Origin: Candidatus Eiseniibacteriota bacterium | GTDB taxonomy: Bacteria > Eisenbacteria > RBG-16-71-46 | Reading direction: 5' to 3' | Assembly: GCA_013140805.1 (NCBI GenBank) | Contig: JABFRW010000055.1 | Span: 4,102-68,101, forward strand | Length of the DNA stretch: 64,000 nucleotides | Part shown: positions 7,446 through 18,101 of the stretch, one piece after another | Layout of the letters: each line of letters starts with the position of its first letter | How positions within the stretch are numbered: the stretch's first letter is position 1 | Made by a program: the position numbers and the translations under genes | Notes under the pieces: model-generated | Databases searched by the model: none | The model's input: only the letters and a program-made list of their open reading frames with translations | Told to the model about the DNA's origin: nothing

Positions 7446-10355
7446 ATGGACTTCAAGGTTGTTACATGGCGCTGGCGGGTTCCGGGATCGTGGGTCGTGA
7501 TCGCCTCGCTCGGGCTCGCGCTGGCCTCGCCGGCGATCACCCGCGCGGCCTCGTTCGAGCCCACCGTCATCTACCCGATTCTCGGCGATGTCGCTACTGG
7601 CTCGCCCGTGGTCGGCGACCTCGACGAGGACGGCCGCCTCGACGTCGTCGGACAGGATCGCACGCTGCCCGGCGTCGCGCTGTGGATGAGCTCCGCAGCT
7701 GGACCGCTCGTCGAGGGTCCGCACCTCGCGATCTCGGGATGCGTGAGCTTCAAGCTCGCGCGCGTCGACAGCGATGCACACTTGGACCTCGTGGTCATGC
7801 GATCGGCTCCCTCGCCGAGAGTCGAAGTGTTTCGCGGGCTCGGTAACGGCAACTTCATGCCGGGAGTCGAATCGCTGCTCACCACCCTCCCGGCGGGATG
7901 GTGTGTCGGCGAGGTCACCGGCGACGCGAGCCTCGACCTGGTCGCAGTCGGCACGGCCTCGTTCGATATTTTGAGCGGCAACGGAAGCGGAGGCTTCACA
8001 CCCCTGAGCACCACGCAGATTCCCGCCGGCTACGGCCCGTCGGTCGTCGCGGATCTGAATGGCGACGCGCAGTCGGAGATCGTACTGAGCCGCGCCCGCT
8101 ATGACGACGGGGCTGCGACCGTGTTGGTCGTTCGCGACGACGTGATCTCGGGATGGGTCGTCGATCAGTCGCTGCCGGGGCCCGCCTGTCTCTCGATCTC
8201 GTTCACGGTGCGCGACCTCGACATGGACAACCGCCCCGACATTCTCGTCGCCAGCGAATGCGGCGGCGCGGAGCTCTACTGGAATCAGGGCGACGGAACA
8301 TTTGGCGCGACAACGCTGGCGCTCGAGGCGAACCCCGACTCGCTGCTGGCGGCGAAGGCAGCGCAAGCCGCGGGCGCTCCGCTGTTCTGGAACGGTTCCG
8401 AGGCGGCAGGAGACGCGGAGCTGCTGCTGAATGCCGCGGACGAGCCGTGGGTTCCCGCGGATCTCGATGGAGATGGCCGCCCCGAGCTGGTACGTACCGC
8501 GCGCAGCGTGGGCGGTCGCCTGGGCACGGCGCGCATCCGCGCGGATCGATCCGTGGCCGAGTTCTTCGACGGAGCACTGGGCGGCAACGTGGAGAACCGA
8601 TACGGCGCCGTGCGACTCGCAGCCGGCGATGCAGACGGAGACGGTCGCGAGGAGGTCTTCGCGCTCCTGCCGGAGCCGCCCGGCGGCGGCATCTTCAAGG
8701 GACTCGCGGTCGTGACTCGCAGGCGCGGGGCTCACGTCAGCCTGCCCGAGCTCTACGCGATTCCCGCGACCGACTCGCTGATCGGAATCGGCGACGTGAG
8801 CCCGACGCCGGGGCCGGAACTAGTGTTCCGTGGCCCGGGAGGCGTGCGCGTCACGCGCGAACGTCCGGACGGCGATCTGGATCCGTTCGAAATCCTTCGC
8901 CCCGATGTTCGCGGTGCGTTGCCGCCGTTTTCGGGCGGGGGTCACCGGCTGATTGCGCTGAGCAACGGAACGATCACGACACTTGAGAAACTGATTGGCA
9001 GTGGCATGACGACGATGCTCGGATCGATCGCCGCTCCGGCCGTGATCGCCTCAGGAGATCTGAATGGCGATGGACTCACCGATGTGATCGCGCACACGCT
9101 GAGCGGCGGTGTCACTCCGTTCCTCGGCCAGTCGGGCGGTGGCTTCACGACGGCCGCCACGCTCGAGGTGCCTGGAGACGGTTGGGGAACCGCGTTTTCG
9201 CTCGGCGACCTCGATCGCGACGGACACGACGAGCTGATCGTGGGTGTCGATGGCCCCGGTGTGGATGGGATCGATTCTCTCGTGGTCTACGGTCTCGCCG
9301 GAAGCTCGGTGTTCCAGCGCAACCGTGCGATCACCTTTGGACCGTTCTCCGACAATCACGGTCCACTCCACCCTTCCTTCGTCGCAGTCGCGGAGTTCAG
9401 CGGCGACTCACGCCCCGACTTGTTGCTGAATCTCGGCGGTCCCGGTCACAGCAATCTTCGACTGCTGGTGCAGCTCGCCGACGGCTCATTCGACTTCCGC
9501 GCCTCGCCCGGACGGATCGACTCGGAAGGCTATCCCACGCCAGCCTATGGCGATCTCGATGGAGATGGCGACCTGGACGTCGCGTCGACCGGGCTGTTCG
9601 ATGGCTACAGCTCGGCGCTGCGCATTGGTTTCAACGACGGCTCGGGCGGCGAGGCCGGCAACTTCTTCACGTTTCTGCCGACCTACTACACGCGTGAGGC
9701 CTACGTCGGAGATCTCGACTCCGACGGCGCCGGCGACGTCGCGGCGTGGGTCGCACTGACCGCCAGCAGCAGCCCCAGTGTCGTCATCGCTCACGGCAAG
9801 CCACAGAACTTCCCGACCGCCGTCCGGTTCCACTGGCTCGAAGCGACTGCAGGCTCGCGCGGCGTTCATCTGCGCTGGGGCTACCAGGCGGACCCGGGAA
9901 CCCTCATGACGCTCGAGCGCTGGTCGGATTCGAGCTGGAACATTGCCGATACGCAGGTGGCCTCGGGCTCAGGAAGTGCCGAGTTCACGGATTCCCATGC
10001 TGCTTCGGGAGCAAGCCATCGATATCGCGTGCTGTACGTGGTGAATGGCAAGTCGCTCACGAGCCCCGAAGTCGTCGTGACGCTCAGGCGGCAGGCGATC
10101 ACGCTGCGCGTCCTCGATAGCGCCCGGTCGAGCAGTTCGCTTCGACTCGCGCTCGACTCTCTGCAGCCTGGTCCTGCGCGACTCGATTTGTTCGATGTCG
10201 GCGGTCGGCGGATCGCCGAGCTTCGAATGCACGCCACAGCTCCGAGCCAGACCGTCGATTGGTCGCTCCCGGGATCGATGGCGTCAGGGCTCTACTGGAT
10301 CTCGCTCGATCAGTCGGGCGAACGTGTCAGCACCAGGGTCGCAATCGCGAAGTAA
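7446..10355 (+). CDS. Secreted FG-GAP repeat beta-propeller protein with T9SS C-terminal domain (paralog of 1203..4082)
   Basis: In-frame ATG at 7446 gives signal peptide MDFKVVTWRWRVPGSWVVIASLGLALASPAITRAA. Many DxDxDG loops (GDLDEDGRLDVVG, ADLNGDAQSEIV, DLDMDNRPDILV, DLDGDGRPELV, GDLNGDGLTDVIA, GDLDRDGHDELIV, GDLDGDGDLDVAS). C-terminus ...VDWSLPGSMASGLYWISLDQSGERVSTRVAIAK is T9SS-CTD-like. The ORF-track 5' extension (6537..7445) overlaps the dioxygenase gene on the other strand and is rejected. Confidence 0.8.
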   Translation: MDFKVVTWRWRVPGSWVVIASLGLALASPAITRAASFEPTVIYPILGDVATGSPVVGDLDEDGRLDVVGQDRTLPGVALWMSSAAGPLVEGPHLAISGCVSFKLARVDSDAHLDLVVMRSAPSPRVEVFRGLGNGNFMPGVESLLTTLPAGWCVGEVTGDASLDLVAVGTASFDILSGNGSGGFTPLSTTQIPAGYGPSVVADLNGDAQSEIVLSRARYDDGAATVLVVRDDVISGWVVDQSLPGPACLSISFTVRDLDMDNRPDILVASECGGAELYWNQGDGTFGATTLALEANPDSLLAAKAAQAAGAPLFWNGSEAAGDAELLLNAADEPWVPADLDGDGRPELVRTARSVGGRLGTARIRADRSVAEFFDGALGGNVENRYGAVRLAAGDADGDGREEVFALLPEPPGGGIFKGLAVVTRRRGAHVSLPELYAIPATDSLIGIGDVSPTPGPELVFRGPGGVRVTRERPDGDLDPFEILRPDVRGALPPFSGGGHRLIALSNGTITTLEKLIGSGMTTMLGSIAAPAVIASGDLNGDGLTDVIAHTLSGGVTPFLGQSGGGFTTAATLEVPGDGWGTAFSLGDLDRDGHDELIVGVDGPGVDGIDSLVVYGLAGSSVFQRNRAITFGPFSDNHGPLHPSFVAVAEFSGDSRPDLLLNLGGPGHSNLRLLVQLADGSFDFRASPGRIDSEGYPTPAYGDLDGDGDLDVASTGLFDGYSSALRIGFNDGSGGEAGNFFTFLPTYYTREAYVGDLDSDGAGDVAAWVALTASSSPSVVIAHGKPQNFPTAVRFHWLEATAGSRGVHLRWGYQADPGTLMTLERWSDSSWNIADTQVASGSGSAEFTDSHAASGASHRYRVLYVVNGKSLTSPEVVVTLRRQAITLRVLDSARSSSSLRLALDSLQPGPARLDLFDVGGRRIAELRMHATAPSQTVDWSLPGSMASGLYWISLDQSGERVSTRVAIAK

Positions 10356-10366
10356 ACCTCGCGCGG

Positions 10367-10398
10367 CACCCGGAGCGAAGTGACGATCGCTTCGGGTG
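10367..10398. terminator. Hairpin between convergent genes (11-bp stem with one G-U pair, 10-nt loop); possible bidirectional terminator
   Basis: cacccggagcg-aagtgacgat-cgcttcgggtg lies between the FG-GAP gene stop (10355) and the pyrF stop (10414). No strong U-tract follows on either strand. Confidence 0.3.
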
Positions 10399-10413
10399 TG
10401 CGCCGCGGGGCGA

Positions 10414-11127
10414 TCAGCCCGCCAGACTCCCGACCGCCGCATCGCGCTCGGCGCGTGCGGCCTCGAGTGCGGCGCGTGGATCTGCGGCGCCGGTCACGGC
10501 GCGGCCCAGCACCAGCAAGCTCGAGCCGAGCCGCACCGCTTCGGTGATGGTGGCGACGCGCGCCTGATCCTGAGCAGCACCGCCGGCCGGGCGAATGCCG
10601 GGGGTCACGGCGAAGAACGGCTCTCGATAGCACGCGCGCACCGCTTCCAGATCGGGTGCCGCGCATACGATGCCGTGGGCACCTGCGGTCAGCGACAGGC
10701 GCAGCAACCGCTCGATCACCAGGTCCTTGAAGAACGGCTTCTCGAAGCCGGGCGGCAGGCTGTCGGTGTCGAGACTGGTGAGCAGCGTTACGGCCACGAC
10801 CTTGGTGCTCCCTCCCGCGGACTCGATTCCCTCGACCGCCGCCGACACCATCGCCGCGCCGCCGGGAGCATGCACCGTCAGCAGATCGGCGCCGTGGCGT
10901 GCGGCCGAAGCGGCGGCGCCGCGCACGGTGTTCGGAATGTCGTGCAGCTTGAGGTCGAGAAACACGCGTCGTCCGCGTTCTTTGATGGCGCGGATTGCAG
11001 CAGGTCCCTCGGCCACGAACAGCTCGAGACCCACTTTCGCGTATTCGGGGCCGGGCCCCAGCCGCTCATCGAGCGCGAGTGCGGCCGCTATCGACGGTAC
11101 GTCGAACGCGATGGCGATCTCGGTCAT
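10414..11127 (-). CDS. pyrF: Orotidine 5'-phosphate decarboxylase
   Basis: MTEIAIAFDVPS...VFLDLKLHDIPNTV...DLLTVHA...VVAVTLLTS...LGSSLLVLGRAV matches OMP decarboxylase motifs. ATG at 11127 overlaps the pyrD stop by 4 bp. Confidence 0.9.
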   Translation of the reverse strand: MTEIAIAFDVPSIAAALALDERLGPGPEYAKVGLELFVAEGPAAIRAIKERGRRVFLDLKLHDIPNTVRGAAASAARHGADLLTVHAPGGAAMVSAAVEGIESAGGSTKVVAVTLLTSLDTDSLPPGFEKPFFKDLVIERLLRLSLTAGAHGIVCAAPDLEAVRACYREPFFAVTPGIRPAGGAAQDQARVATITEAVRLGSSLLVLGRAVTGAADPRAALEAARAERDAAVGSLAG

Positions 11128-12101
11128 CGGGCAACTTCCGCGCGTGCAGGCCGACCGTTTGCGCTCGGACGCAGAGCGTCCATCAAGCAGCCCCGCCACT
11201 CATCGATCGACTTGATCCCACGCAGCGTGAGCTGACTCCGCAGGTCTTCGAGCACTTCCTGCGCGGCGCGGGGTCGCACGAAGCTCGCCGTACCCACCTG
11301 AACGGCAGTGGCGCCGACCGCGATGAACTCGAGCGCGTCTCGCGCATTCATGATGCCGCCCGAGCCGATCACCGGAATGCGCACCGCTCGTGCGGCCTCA
11401 TGACAGCGCGCCAGTGCGAGTGGCTTGATCGCGGGCCCCGACACTCCGCCGGTCGCGCGATTGAGCTTCGATCGCCGCTGGTCGAGATCGACCGCCATGC
11501 CGACGAAGGTGTTTACCGCGGTGACCGCGTCGGCACCGCCTTGCTCGCACGCGATCGCGAGGTCTCCCACCGATGTGACGTCCGGGGACAGCTTCGCAAT
11601 CAGCACATGACGCGTCAGTCCGCGCAGCCGCTTCATGGTGCGCTCGAGTCGTCGCGGTACCGCCCAGTACCGCGCGCCACCGCGCGATACGTTTGGACAC
11701 GAGAAGTTGATCTCGAAACCGGCCAGATCGCGTTCGTCACCCAGCGCCTCCAACAGGCGCACCAGTTCGTTCGTGGTCTCGCCGCCAACCGACACGATCA
11801 CGTGAGCGCCGAGCTTCCGCAGCTTGGGGAGCTTCTCGGCGCGGTAGCGCGCGAGTCCGACGTTCTCGAGTCCGATCGAGTTCAGCATTCCCGCCGGCGT
11901 CTCGGCGATGCGCGTGGGCGCGTTGCCGGCCCGCGGTTCGACGGTCACGGTCTTGGTGATCACCGCACCGAGTGCGCTCAGTTCCACCACGTGCGCGTAC
12001 TCGTCGCCGTAGCCGAAGGTGCCCGACGCGGTCAGGATCGGATTGCTCAGCACCAGCGAGCCAATGCGTGTGGTCAACCGCGGAGTCCGGGTGGCGCTCA
12101 T
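11124..12101 (-). CDS. pyrD: Dihydroorotate dehydrogenase, class 1B catalytic subunit
   Basis: MSATRTPRLTTRIGSLVLSNPILTASGTFGYGDEY...GAVITKTVT...NSIGLEN...INFSCPN...GGADAVTAVNT...GVSGPAIKPLAL...IPVIGSGGI. In-frame ATG at 12101 overlaps the pyrK stop by 4 bp. Confidence 0.9.
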   Translation of the reverse strand: MSATRTPRLTTRIGSLVLSNPILTASGTFGYGDEYAHVVELSALGAVITKTVTVEPRAGNAPTRIAETPAGMLNSIGLENVGLARYRAEKLPKLRKLGAHVIVSVGGETTNELVRLLEALGDERDLAGFEINFSCPNVSRGGARYWAVPRRLERTMKRLRGLTRHVLIAKLSPDVTSVGDLAIACEQGGADAVTAVNTFVGMAVDLDQRRSKLNRATGGVSGPAIKPLALARCHEAARAVRIPVIGSGGIMNARDALEFIAVGATAVQVGTASFVRPRAAQEVLEDLRSQLTLRGIKSIDEWRGCLMDALRPSANGRPARAEVAR

Positions 12102-13033
12102 TCCACGCGATCCCAATCGAGGTCCGCAGCCGCAAACACCGGCCCTTCGGTGCAGCACATCGCGTACTCCTGGTTGCCGTACAGCGAGGGACTGGTGCCA
12201 CGCTCGCGATCGAATCGCCGCCGCGACTCCTCGCTGCGCGGCATCGGACAGCCGCGACACACTCCGGTGCCGCACGCCATCACGGACTCCATCGCGAGGT
12301 GCGCGCGGCGGCCGTGCGTCAGCGCCCATCGCGCCACGGCTTCGAGCATGCGGTGCGGCCCGCACGAGTGAATGACGAGCGGGCCCGGGTGCGTTCGCCG
12401 AAGCCTCTCGAGCAGCAGCAGCACGTTGCCCCGCGTTCCCCTGCTGCCGTCGTCGGTGGCGAGGTGCAGCTCGCTCCCACTCTTCGAGAGTCTCCGCTTC
12501 GCATCGTCGAGCCCGACCAGCAACTCACGCGTTCGTGCCCCGAACAGAAATACGCACGGGCGACTCTGCGCGGCCAGTGCATCGGCTGCGAACAGCAGAG
12601 GCGCCACGCCACGGCCGCCTGCGATCAACACCGGCGTTCCGGACTCCTCGAGCGGATAACCGCGCCCCAGCGGTCCGAGCAATTCGATCGCATCGCCGGG
12701 ACCGAGTGCCGCGAGCGACTGCGTGCCGGTGCCGACCGGCGCGTAGAGAAAACTCAGCGTGAGGCGCCCACGCGTCAGTTTCGCATCCGCGATGCTCATG
12801 GGTCGCGGCAGCAACACCGGCGACGGCGCCACCAGCAGCAGCTGAACGAACTGCCCCGCAACGGGCACGGTCATGCCGCTCGAGACTTCGAGGTCGAGCC
12901 ACCGATGGCCGGCGCCGTAGTCCTCGTGACGAGTGACCCGCGCGATCGCCTGACTCCAGGTCGGACGGTACTCGGCGAGGCTCGCGCGAGTTTGAAGGGC
13001 CGACGGGCGCGGTGCGGTCACGGCGCGGGTCAT
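12098..13033 (-). CDS. pyrK: Dihydroorotate dehydrogenase electron-transfer subunit (FAD / 2Fe-2S)
   Basis: FAD/NAD-binding region followed by a C-terminal Cys cluster (MACGTGVCRGC...CC). Adjacent to pyrD, as in class 1B DHODH operons. Confidence 0.85.
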   Translation of the reverse strand: MTRAVTAPRPSALQTRASLAEYRPTWSQAIARVTRHEDYGAGHRWLDLEVSSGMTVPVAGQFVQLLLVAPSPVLLPRPMSIADAKLTRGRLTLSFLYAPVGTGTQSLAALGPGDAIELLGPLGRGYPLEESGTPVLIAGGRGVAPLLFAADALAAQSRPCVFLFGARTRELLVGLDDAKRRLSKSGSELHLATDDGSRGTRGNVLLLLERLRRTHPGPLVIHSCGPHRMLEAVARWALTHGRRAHLAMESVMACGTGVCRGCPMPRSEESRRRFDRERGTSPSLYGNQEYAMCCTEGPVFAAADLDWDRVE

Positions 13034-14889
13034 GGTTTGTTCGCGGGAGCCGGTGGACCCGTGAGGCTCGAGTCGGGGGCGCTCGGTGCAACGGGTACGG
13101 GCGGCGAACTGACGGCGAGCGAATCACGCGACGAGCGATCCAGAGAGTCTGGACGGAATCGCGCCGGCAGCCCGCGTGAAGGATCGAGCATCAGCATGCC
13201 CGGCGGCACGAGCCGCCCGAGCGAATCGAATCGCGCCGCGGGCGTGTCCGGGCTTCCGTACAGCGAGCGGCCGTAGCCCGAACGCAGCAGCGAGTCCGCC
13301 ATCATCTGGCGGCGGTCCATTGCGGTCGGCGTGGGCGCCGGGGGCGGGAGCAGGTCCTTGACCGTGTCGGCGTGCGAAGGCACCGGAGGCAGTTTGATCA
13401 GCGAATCGGGCACCTGGATCCCGGACTCCTCGAGATAGTCACGCGCAGCGAGTTGCGCTTCGGTTTCGGGGTGATGGCGCACCACCTCCCACCACAGAGA
13501 GTCGGCGCGTTTGGGTTGATCGAGCTTGTTGCGAAGCACCCACGCTTCGGCCGTCATCGCCTTCGCTTCCCACGGCGTTCCCTTGAGGTCGGAAGCGAGC
13601 TTGGAGTATTCCTCGAGTGCTCGATCCGGCTTGTCGAGCTGGAACAAGTAGAGCTCGGCGCGCATCAGCGCCGCCTCTGCGATACGAACCGACGAGTCGC
13701 TGCCGGTCGAGTTCCGGTACTGCGCGAGTCTCGCCAGCTGAGCGTCGCGCTGGGACGCCTGGCCGACGAACGACGACGACGGCGACTGCAGGCGCACCTT
13801 TCCATACTCTTCGCGAGCGCGTTCGAAGTCGTCCGCGACCGTCTCGAACACGTAGCCCACGCGAAACTGCGCCTCGGCCGCGAGCGGCTGGCGCCAGTAG
13901 CGCGCGATCACGTCGTTGAAAGACTCGAGGGCTCCGTCGCGATTGCCGCTCTGGGCCAACACCGTGCCGATTCGCAGTTTGAGGCGACCCCATCGCTCCG
14001 CCTGCCGATTGCTGGTACCGCCGAAGCCGGCCGTCGCCGCGGCGGTGTCGACCAGCGCCGGCTCGCGCTCGTAGCCGATCGCGCCGCGCAGCAGTCCGAG
14101 TGCTCCATTCCAGTCGCGCGCCGCTTCGTAGCAGTCGACTTCGCGCAACAGGAAGGTGAAGCGATCGTCGTCGTTGTCCGCCCGGCGGCCCAGCTCGGCA
14201 AAGTCCGCGCGTGCCTTGTCGGTCTGCCGGCCGGTCAGCAAACCCTCAGCGCGTGCCTGCAATGCCCGCTCGCGAAGCAGGTGCTTGGGCCAGCCTTCGA
14301 CGACACGACTCGCGGCCTCGGCCGCGTCGAGCGGGCGATCGAGCGACAGCAGCACACGCGACCGCTCGAGATGCGCGTAAGGCGTCAGGTCGTGCTTGGG
14401 TGCCGAGGCGAGGAAGTCGTCAAAGGCGCCGAGCGAGGTTGCGTACTTGCGCGAGTGACGCAGTGCGAGGGCGCGATAGAACGCCGCTTCGCGTCTCAGC
14501 GAGCTCTCGGGGTAGCGCAACGGAAACTCCTCGAGCAGCTCGATCGCCTGACCCGGGTCGTCCTTGCCGATCAGCGACTTCGCCCACATCAGATAGGCAT
14601 CGTCGACCCACTTGGACTTGGCGTAGACGCCCATCACCTTCTTCGAGTAGTCGATCGCCTTGTTGTACTGCGGCACGACATTCGCGGTGGTGCCGCTCTG
14701 CGTGAGCGCGCTCGAGCCACCCTTGTCGACCGCGTACGGCAGCCCGTTCGTGGCGTTGTTGTAGTTGCGGCGCGCCAGGAAGAAGGTGTTGTAGTAGGCA
14801 CACGAAGACAGGATCACGAGCGCGAGCGCTGCCGCCGCAAGTGCCGTCGCATTCGATGCGGTGAGTCTCGAGTCGCGGGTCGGCCGCAC
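13030..14889 (-). CDS. Tetratricopeptide-repeat lipoprotein embedded in the pyr operon
   Basis: Signal plus lipobox (ALAAAALALVILSSC) and multiple TPR-like helical repeats. Start overlaps the carB stop (TGATG) and its stop overlaps the pyrK start (ATGA). Confidence 0.7.
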   Translation of the reverse strand: MRPTRDSRLTASNATALAAAALALVILSSCAYYNTFFLARRNYNNATNGLPYAVDKGGSSALTQSGTTANVVPQYNKAIDYSKKVMGVYAKSKWVDDAYLMWAKSLIGKDDPGQAIELLEEFPLRYPESSLRREAAFYRALALRHSRKYATSLGAFDDFLASAPKHDLTPYAHLERSRVLLSLDRPLDAAEAASRVVEGWPKHLLRERALQARAEGLLTGRQTDKARADFAELGRRADNDDDRFTFLLREVDCYEAARDWNGALGLLRGAIGYEREPALVDTAAATAGFGGTSNRQAERWGRLKLRIGTVLAQSGNRDGALESFNDVIARYWRQPLAAEAQFRVGYVFETVADDFERAREEYGKVRLQSPSSSFVGQASQRDAQLARLAQYRNSTGSDSSVRIAEAALMRAELYLFQLDKPDRALEEYSKLASDLKGTPWEAKAMTAEAWVLRNKLDQPKRADSLWWEVVRHHPETEAQLAARDYLEESGIQVPDSLIKLPPVPSHADTVKDLLPPPAPTPTAMDRRQMMADSLLRSGYGRSLYGSPDTPAARFDSLGRLVPPGMLMLDPSRGLPARFRPDSLDRSSRDSLAVSSPPVPVAPSAPDSSLTGPPAPANKP

Positions 14890-17800
14890 TAGATTCGCTC
14901 CTGCAGTGCGGTCACTTCGAGCGGTCCGCGCCGCATCGCTTCGATGCCGGAGGTCGCGGCAAGGGCGCCCGCGACCGTCGTGATCACCGGCACTCCGTAC
15001 GCGATCGCACTGGCGCGAATCGCCTTCTCGTCGTACTCGGACGTACGTCCGAGCGGGGTGTTGATCACGAGCTGGATCTCTGCGGATTCGATCATGTCCA
15101 CCACGTTGGGCCGCCCCTCGTGCACCTTGAAAACCTGGCGGCAGGGTACTCCGTTGCGTGCCAGGAAGCGCGCGGTGCCCCGCGTCGCCACCAGGTCATA
15201 CCCCAGTTCGACCAGTTTCTTCGCCATGAACGTGATGGCACGCTTGTCGTCGTCCCGCAGGCTCAGGAACACGGTTCCACTGTCGGGAAGCGGATCCCCC
15301 GAGCCCAGGTGAGCCTTGGCGAGTGCGCGGCCGAAGTCCATGTCGCGCCCCATCACCTCGCCGGTCGACTTCATCTCGGGGCCCAGCAGCGAGTCCTCGC
15401 CCGGGAAGCGGGCGAACGGAAGCACCGGTTTCTTGACGCTCACCATGGTGGCTTCGGGCGCTTCGGCGGGTGCGATGTCCGCCAGTCGCTCGCCCGCCAT
15501 GACACGCGCCGCGATTCGCGCAAGCGGAAGGCCGATCGCTTTGCTCACGAACGGTACGGTGCGCGAGGCGCGCGGATTGGCCTCGAGCACGAACACCTCG
15601 TCGTTGCGCACCGCGAACTGCACGTTCAGAAGCCCCTTGACGCCGAGCGCGTGAGCGAGCTTGGCCGTCACGCGGCGCACCTCGGCGACCGTTTCTTCGC
15701 CGAGCGTGAATGGCGGGATCACGCACGTGGAGTCACCGGAATGGATCCCGGCTTCCTCGATGTGCTCCATCACCGCACCGATCAGCACCGTTTCGCCATC
15801 CGCAACCGCGTCCACGTCGACTTCGAGGGCGCCGCCCAGGAACTGATCCACCAGCACCGGCTCCGCGGCCGACACGAGCGCTTCGTGCTCGAGCCAGTCG
15901 CGCAGCTCTTCCTCGCGATACACCACGCGCATGCCGCGCCCACCGAGTACGTACGAAGGCCGCACCAGCACCGGATAACCGAGCGTACGCGCCGCGTGCA
16001 GCGCCTCGGCCGGCGATGCGGCGGTGAGACTCGGTGGCTGCAGCAGGCCCAGCTCCTGAATGAGCAATCGGAATCGCTCACGATTCTCGGCCAGGTCGAG
16101 CCCGTCGAACGGCGTGCCCCACAACGGCACGCCCGCCTCGTGGAGCGATCGCGCCAGCTTGAGCGGCGTCTGCCCGCCGAGCTGAACGATTACGCCGATC
16201 GGCTTCTCAGCCTCGACCACGTTCAGCACGTCTTCCGTAGTGAGCGGCTCGAAGTAGAGACGACTCGAGATGTCGTAGTCGGTGCTCACCGTCTCGGGAT
16301 TCGAGTTGACGATCAGCACATCGTAGCCGCGCTCCTTCAGCTCGAGCGCCGCCTGCACGCAGCAGTAGTCGAACTCGAGCCCCTGTCCGATTCGATTGGG
16401 CCCGCTGCCCAAAATGATCACGCGCGGCCGCGTGCTCGTGGGCGTCTCGGTCTCATCTTCGTAGGTCGAGTAGAAGTAGGGCGTCTCGGCTGCGAATTCG
16501 GCGCCGCAGGTGTCGACGGCCTTCATCACCGGCAGGATCCCTTCCTCGTGACGGCGTCTCCGTACTTCGACCTCGGTGGTATCGAGTCGGTCCGCGAGCG
16601 TCAAATCCGAGATGCCGAGCCGCTTGGCTTCGTAGACGAGCCCCTCGCTCCATGCCGCTTCGGAGTCGCGGGTCGCGACCGTCGTCAGCTCGTGATCGAG
16701 ATCGGTGATGCGCTTCATCTGATGCAGGAACCACGGGTCCACGCCGGTCGCCGCCGCCACCGACTCCGGGCTCTCACCGCTTGCGAGCACGCGGAACAGG
16801 TCACGCAGTCGATCGGCGTACGGCTCGCGGATCGCCTCGATCAGTCCCGGCAGCTCGATCGCGGCCGCCGGCCCCGGCAGGAGGCCGCTCCCGCTCTCGA
16901 GTCCACGCCAGCCCTTGAGCAGCGCCTCGGGGAAGTTGCGTCCGATCGCCATCACCTCGCCCACCGACTTCATGCGCGTGCCGAGGCGCGGATCGGCGCC
17001 GCGGAACTTTTCGAACGCCCAGCGCGGGATCTTGACCACGCAGTAATCGAGCGTCGGCTCGAAACACGCCGGCGTCTTCCGGGTGATGTCGTTCGGGATC
17101 TCGTCGAGCGTGAGCCCGGCCGCGAGCAGCGCCGCGATCTTTGCGATCGGGAACCCGGTGGCCTTGCTCGCGAGCGCCGAGGAGCGGGAGACGCGCGGAT
17201 TCATTTCGATGATGCGCATCTCGCCCGTATCCGGGTGCACGGCGAACTGGATGTTCGATCCGCCCGCTTCGACCTTGATCGCCCGCATCACGCGAAGTGC
17301 TGCGTCGCGCATCTCCTGATAGCAGACATCCGAGAGCGTCTGCGCGGGCGCCACCGTGATGCTGTCACCGGTATGAACGCCGAGCGGATCGAAGTTCTCA
17401 ATCGAGCACACGATCACCACGTTGTCCGCCCGATCGCGCATCACTTCCAGCTCGAATTCCTTCCAGCCGACCAGACACTCTTCGATCAGAATCGAGCCGG
17501 AGCCGCTCTGCGCGATTGCCAGTCGCGCCACTTCGCGCAGCTGCCGGCGATCGTGTACGAGCCCCGAACCCTGCCCGCCGAGCGTGAACGAAGCGCGAAT
17601 CACGAGCGGATACCCGAGCTGCTCGGCCAGCTCCACGGCACCGTGCACGGTGTCCACGTAGCCGGACTTGGGAAGCTGGAGCCCCTCGGCTTCCATGGCG
17701 TGCTTGAAGCGATTGCGATCTTCCGCCGTCTCGATCGCATCGAGCGACGCGCCGATCAACTGCACGTTGTGCTTGGCGAGCACGCCTGAATGCGCGAGCG

Positions 17801-18101
17801 CGATCGCCAGGTTGAGTGCCGTCTGGCCGCCGAGAGTCGGCAGCAGCGCGTCCGGCCTTTCGCGCTCGATGATGCGCTCGGCGATCTCGGGGCGCAGCGG
17901 CTCGATGTAGGTGCGATCGGCGAACTCGGGGTCGGTCATGATCGTGGCCGGGTTCGAGTTGAGCAGCACCACTTCGATGCCGAGTGAGCGCAGCGCGCGA
18001 CAACCCTGGGTCCCCGAGTAGTCGAACTCGCACGCCTGCCCGATCACGATCGGACCAGCGCCGAGGATCAGAACCTTCTTGAGACCGGGGCGGACGGGCA
18101 T
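14889..18101 (-). CDS. carB: Carbamoyl-phosphate synthase large subunit
   Basis: [32 protein letters not shown]... with two ATP-grasp halves and an MGS-like C-terminus; about 1070 aa. ATG at 18101 overlaps the carA stop (TGATG). Confidence 0.95.
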   Translation of the reverse strand: MPVRPGLKKVLILGAGPIVIGQACEFDYSGTQGCRALRSLGIEVVLLNSNPATIMTDPEFADRTYIEPLRPEIAERIIERERPDALLPTLGGQTALNLAIALAHSGVLAKHNVQLIGASLDAIETAEDRNRFKHAMEAEGLQLPKSGYVDTVHGAVELAEQLGYPLVIRASFTLGGQGSGLVHDRRQLREVARLAIAQSGSGSILIEECLVGWKEFELEVMRDRADNVVIVCSIENFDPLGVHTGDSITVAPAQTLSDVCYQEMRDAALRVMRAIKVEAGGSNIQFAVHPDTGEMRIIEMNPRVSRSSALASKATGFPIAKIAALLAAGLTLDEIPNDITRKTPACFEPTLDYCVVKIPRWAFEKFRGADPRLGTRMKSVGEVMAIGRNFPEALLKGWRGLESGSGLLPGPAAAIELPGLIEAIREPYADRLRDLFRVLASGESPESVAAATGVDPWFLHQMKRITDLDHELTTVATRDSEAAWSEGLVYEAKRLGISDLTLADRLDTTEVEVRRRRHEEGILPVMKAVDTCGAEFAAETPYFYSTYEDETETPTSTRPRVIILGSGPNRIGQGLEFDYCCVQAALELKERGYDVLIVNSNPETVSTDYDISSRLYFEPLTTEDVLNVVEAEKPIGVIVQLGGQTPLKLARSLHEAGVPLWGTPFDGLDLAENRERFRLLIQELGLLQPPSLTAASPAEALHAARTLGYPVLVRPSYVLGGRGMRVVYREEELRDWLEHEALVSAAEPVLVDQFLGGALEVDVDAVADGETVLIGAVMEHIEEAGIHSGDSTCVIPPFTLGEETVAEVRRVTAKLAHALGVKGLLNVQFAVRNDEVFVLEANPRASRTVPFVSKAIGLPLARIAARVMAGERLADIAPAEAPEATMVSVKKPVLPFARFPGEDSLLGPEMKSTGEVMGRDMDFGRALAKAHLGSGDPLPDSGTVFLSLRDDDKRAITFMAKKLVELGYDLVATRGTARFLARNGVPCRQVFKVHEGRPNVVDMIESAEIQLVINTPLGRTSEYDEKAIRASAIAYGVPVITTVAGALAATSGIEAMRRGPLEVTALQERI

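Noticed and set aside
7260-8735. 491-aa minus-strand ORF
   Set aside because: It is antisense to the FG-GAP gene and has a GC-frame artefact composition (RRAG-rich) with no domain pattern.
15120-17789. 889-aa plus-strand ORF
   Set aside because: Antisense to carB. Its translation is Arg/His/Gln-rich noise, whereas carB shows unmistakable CPSase motifs.
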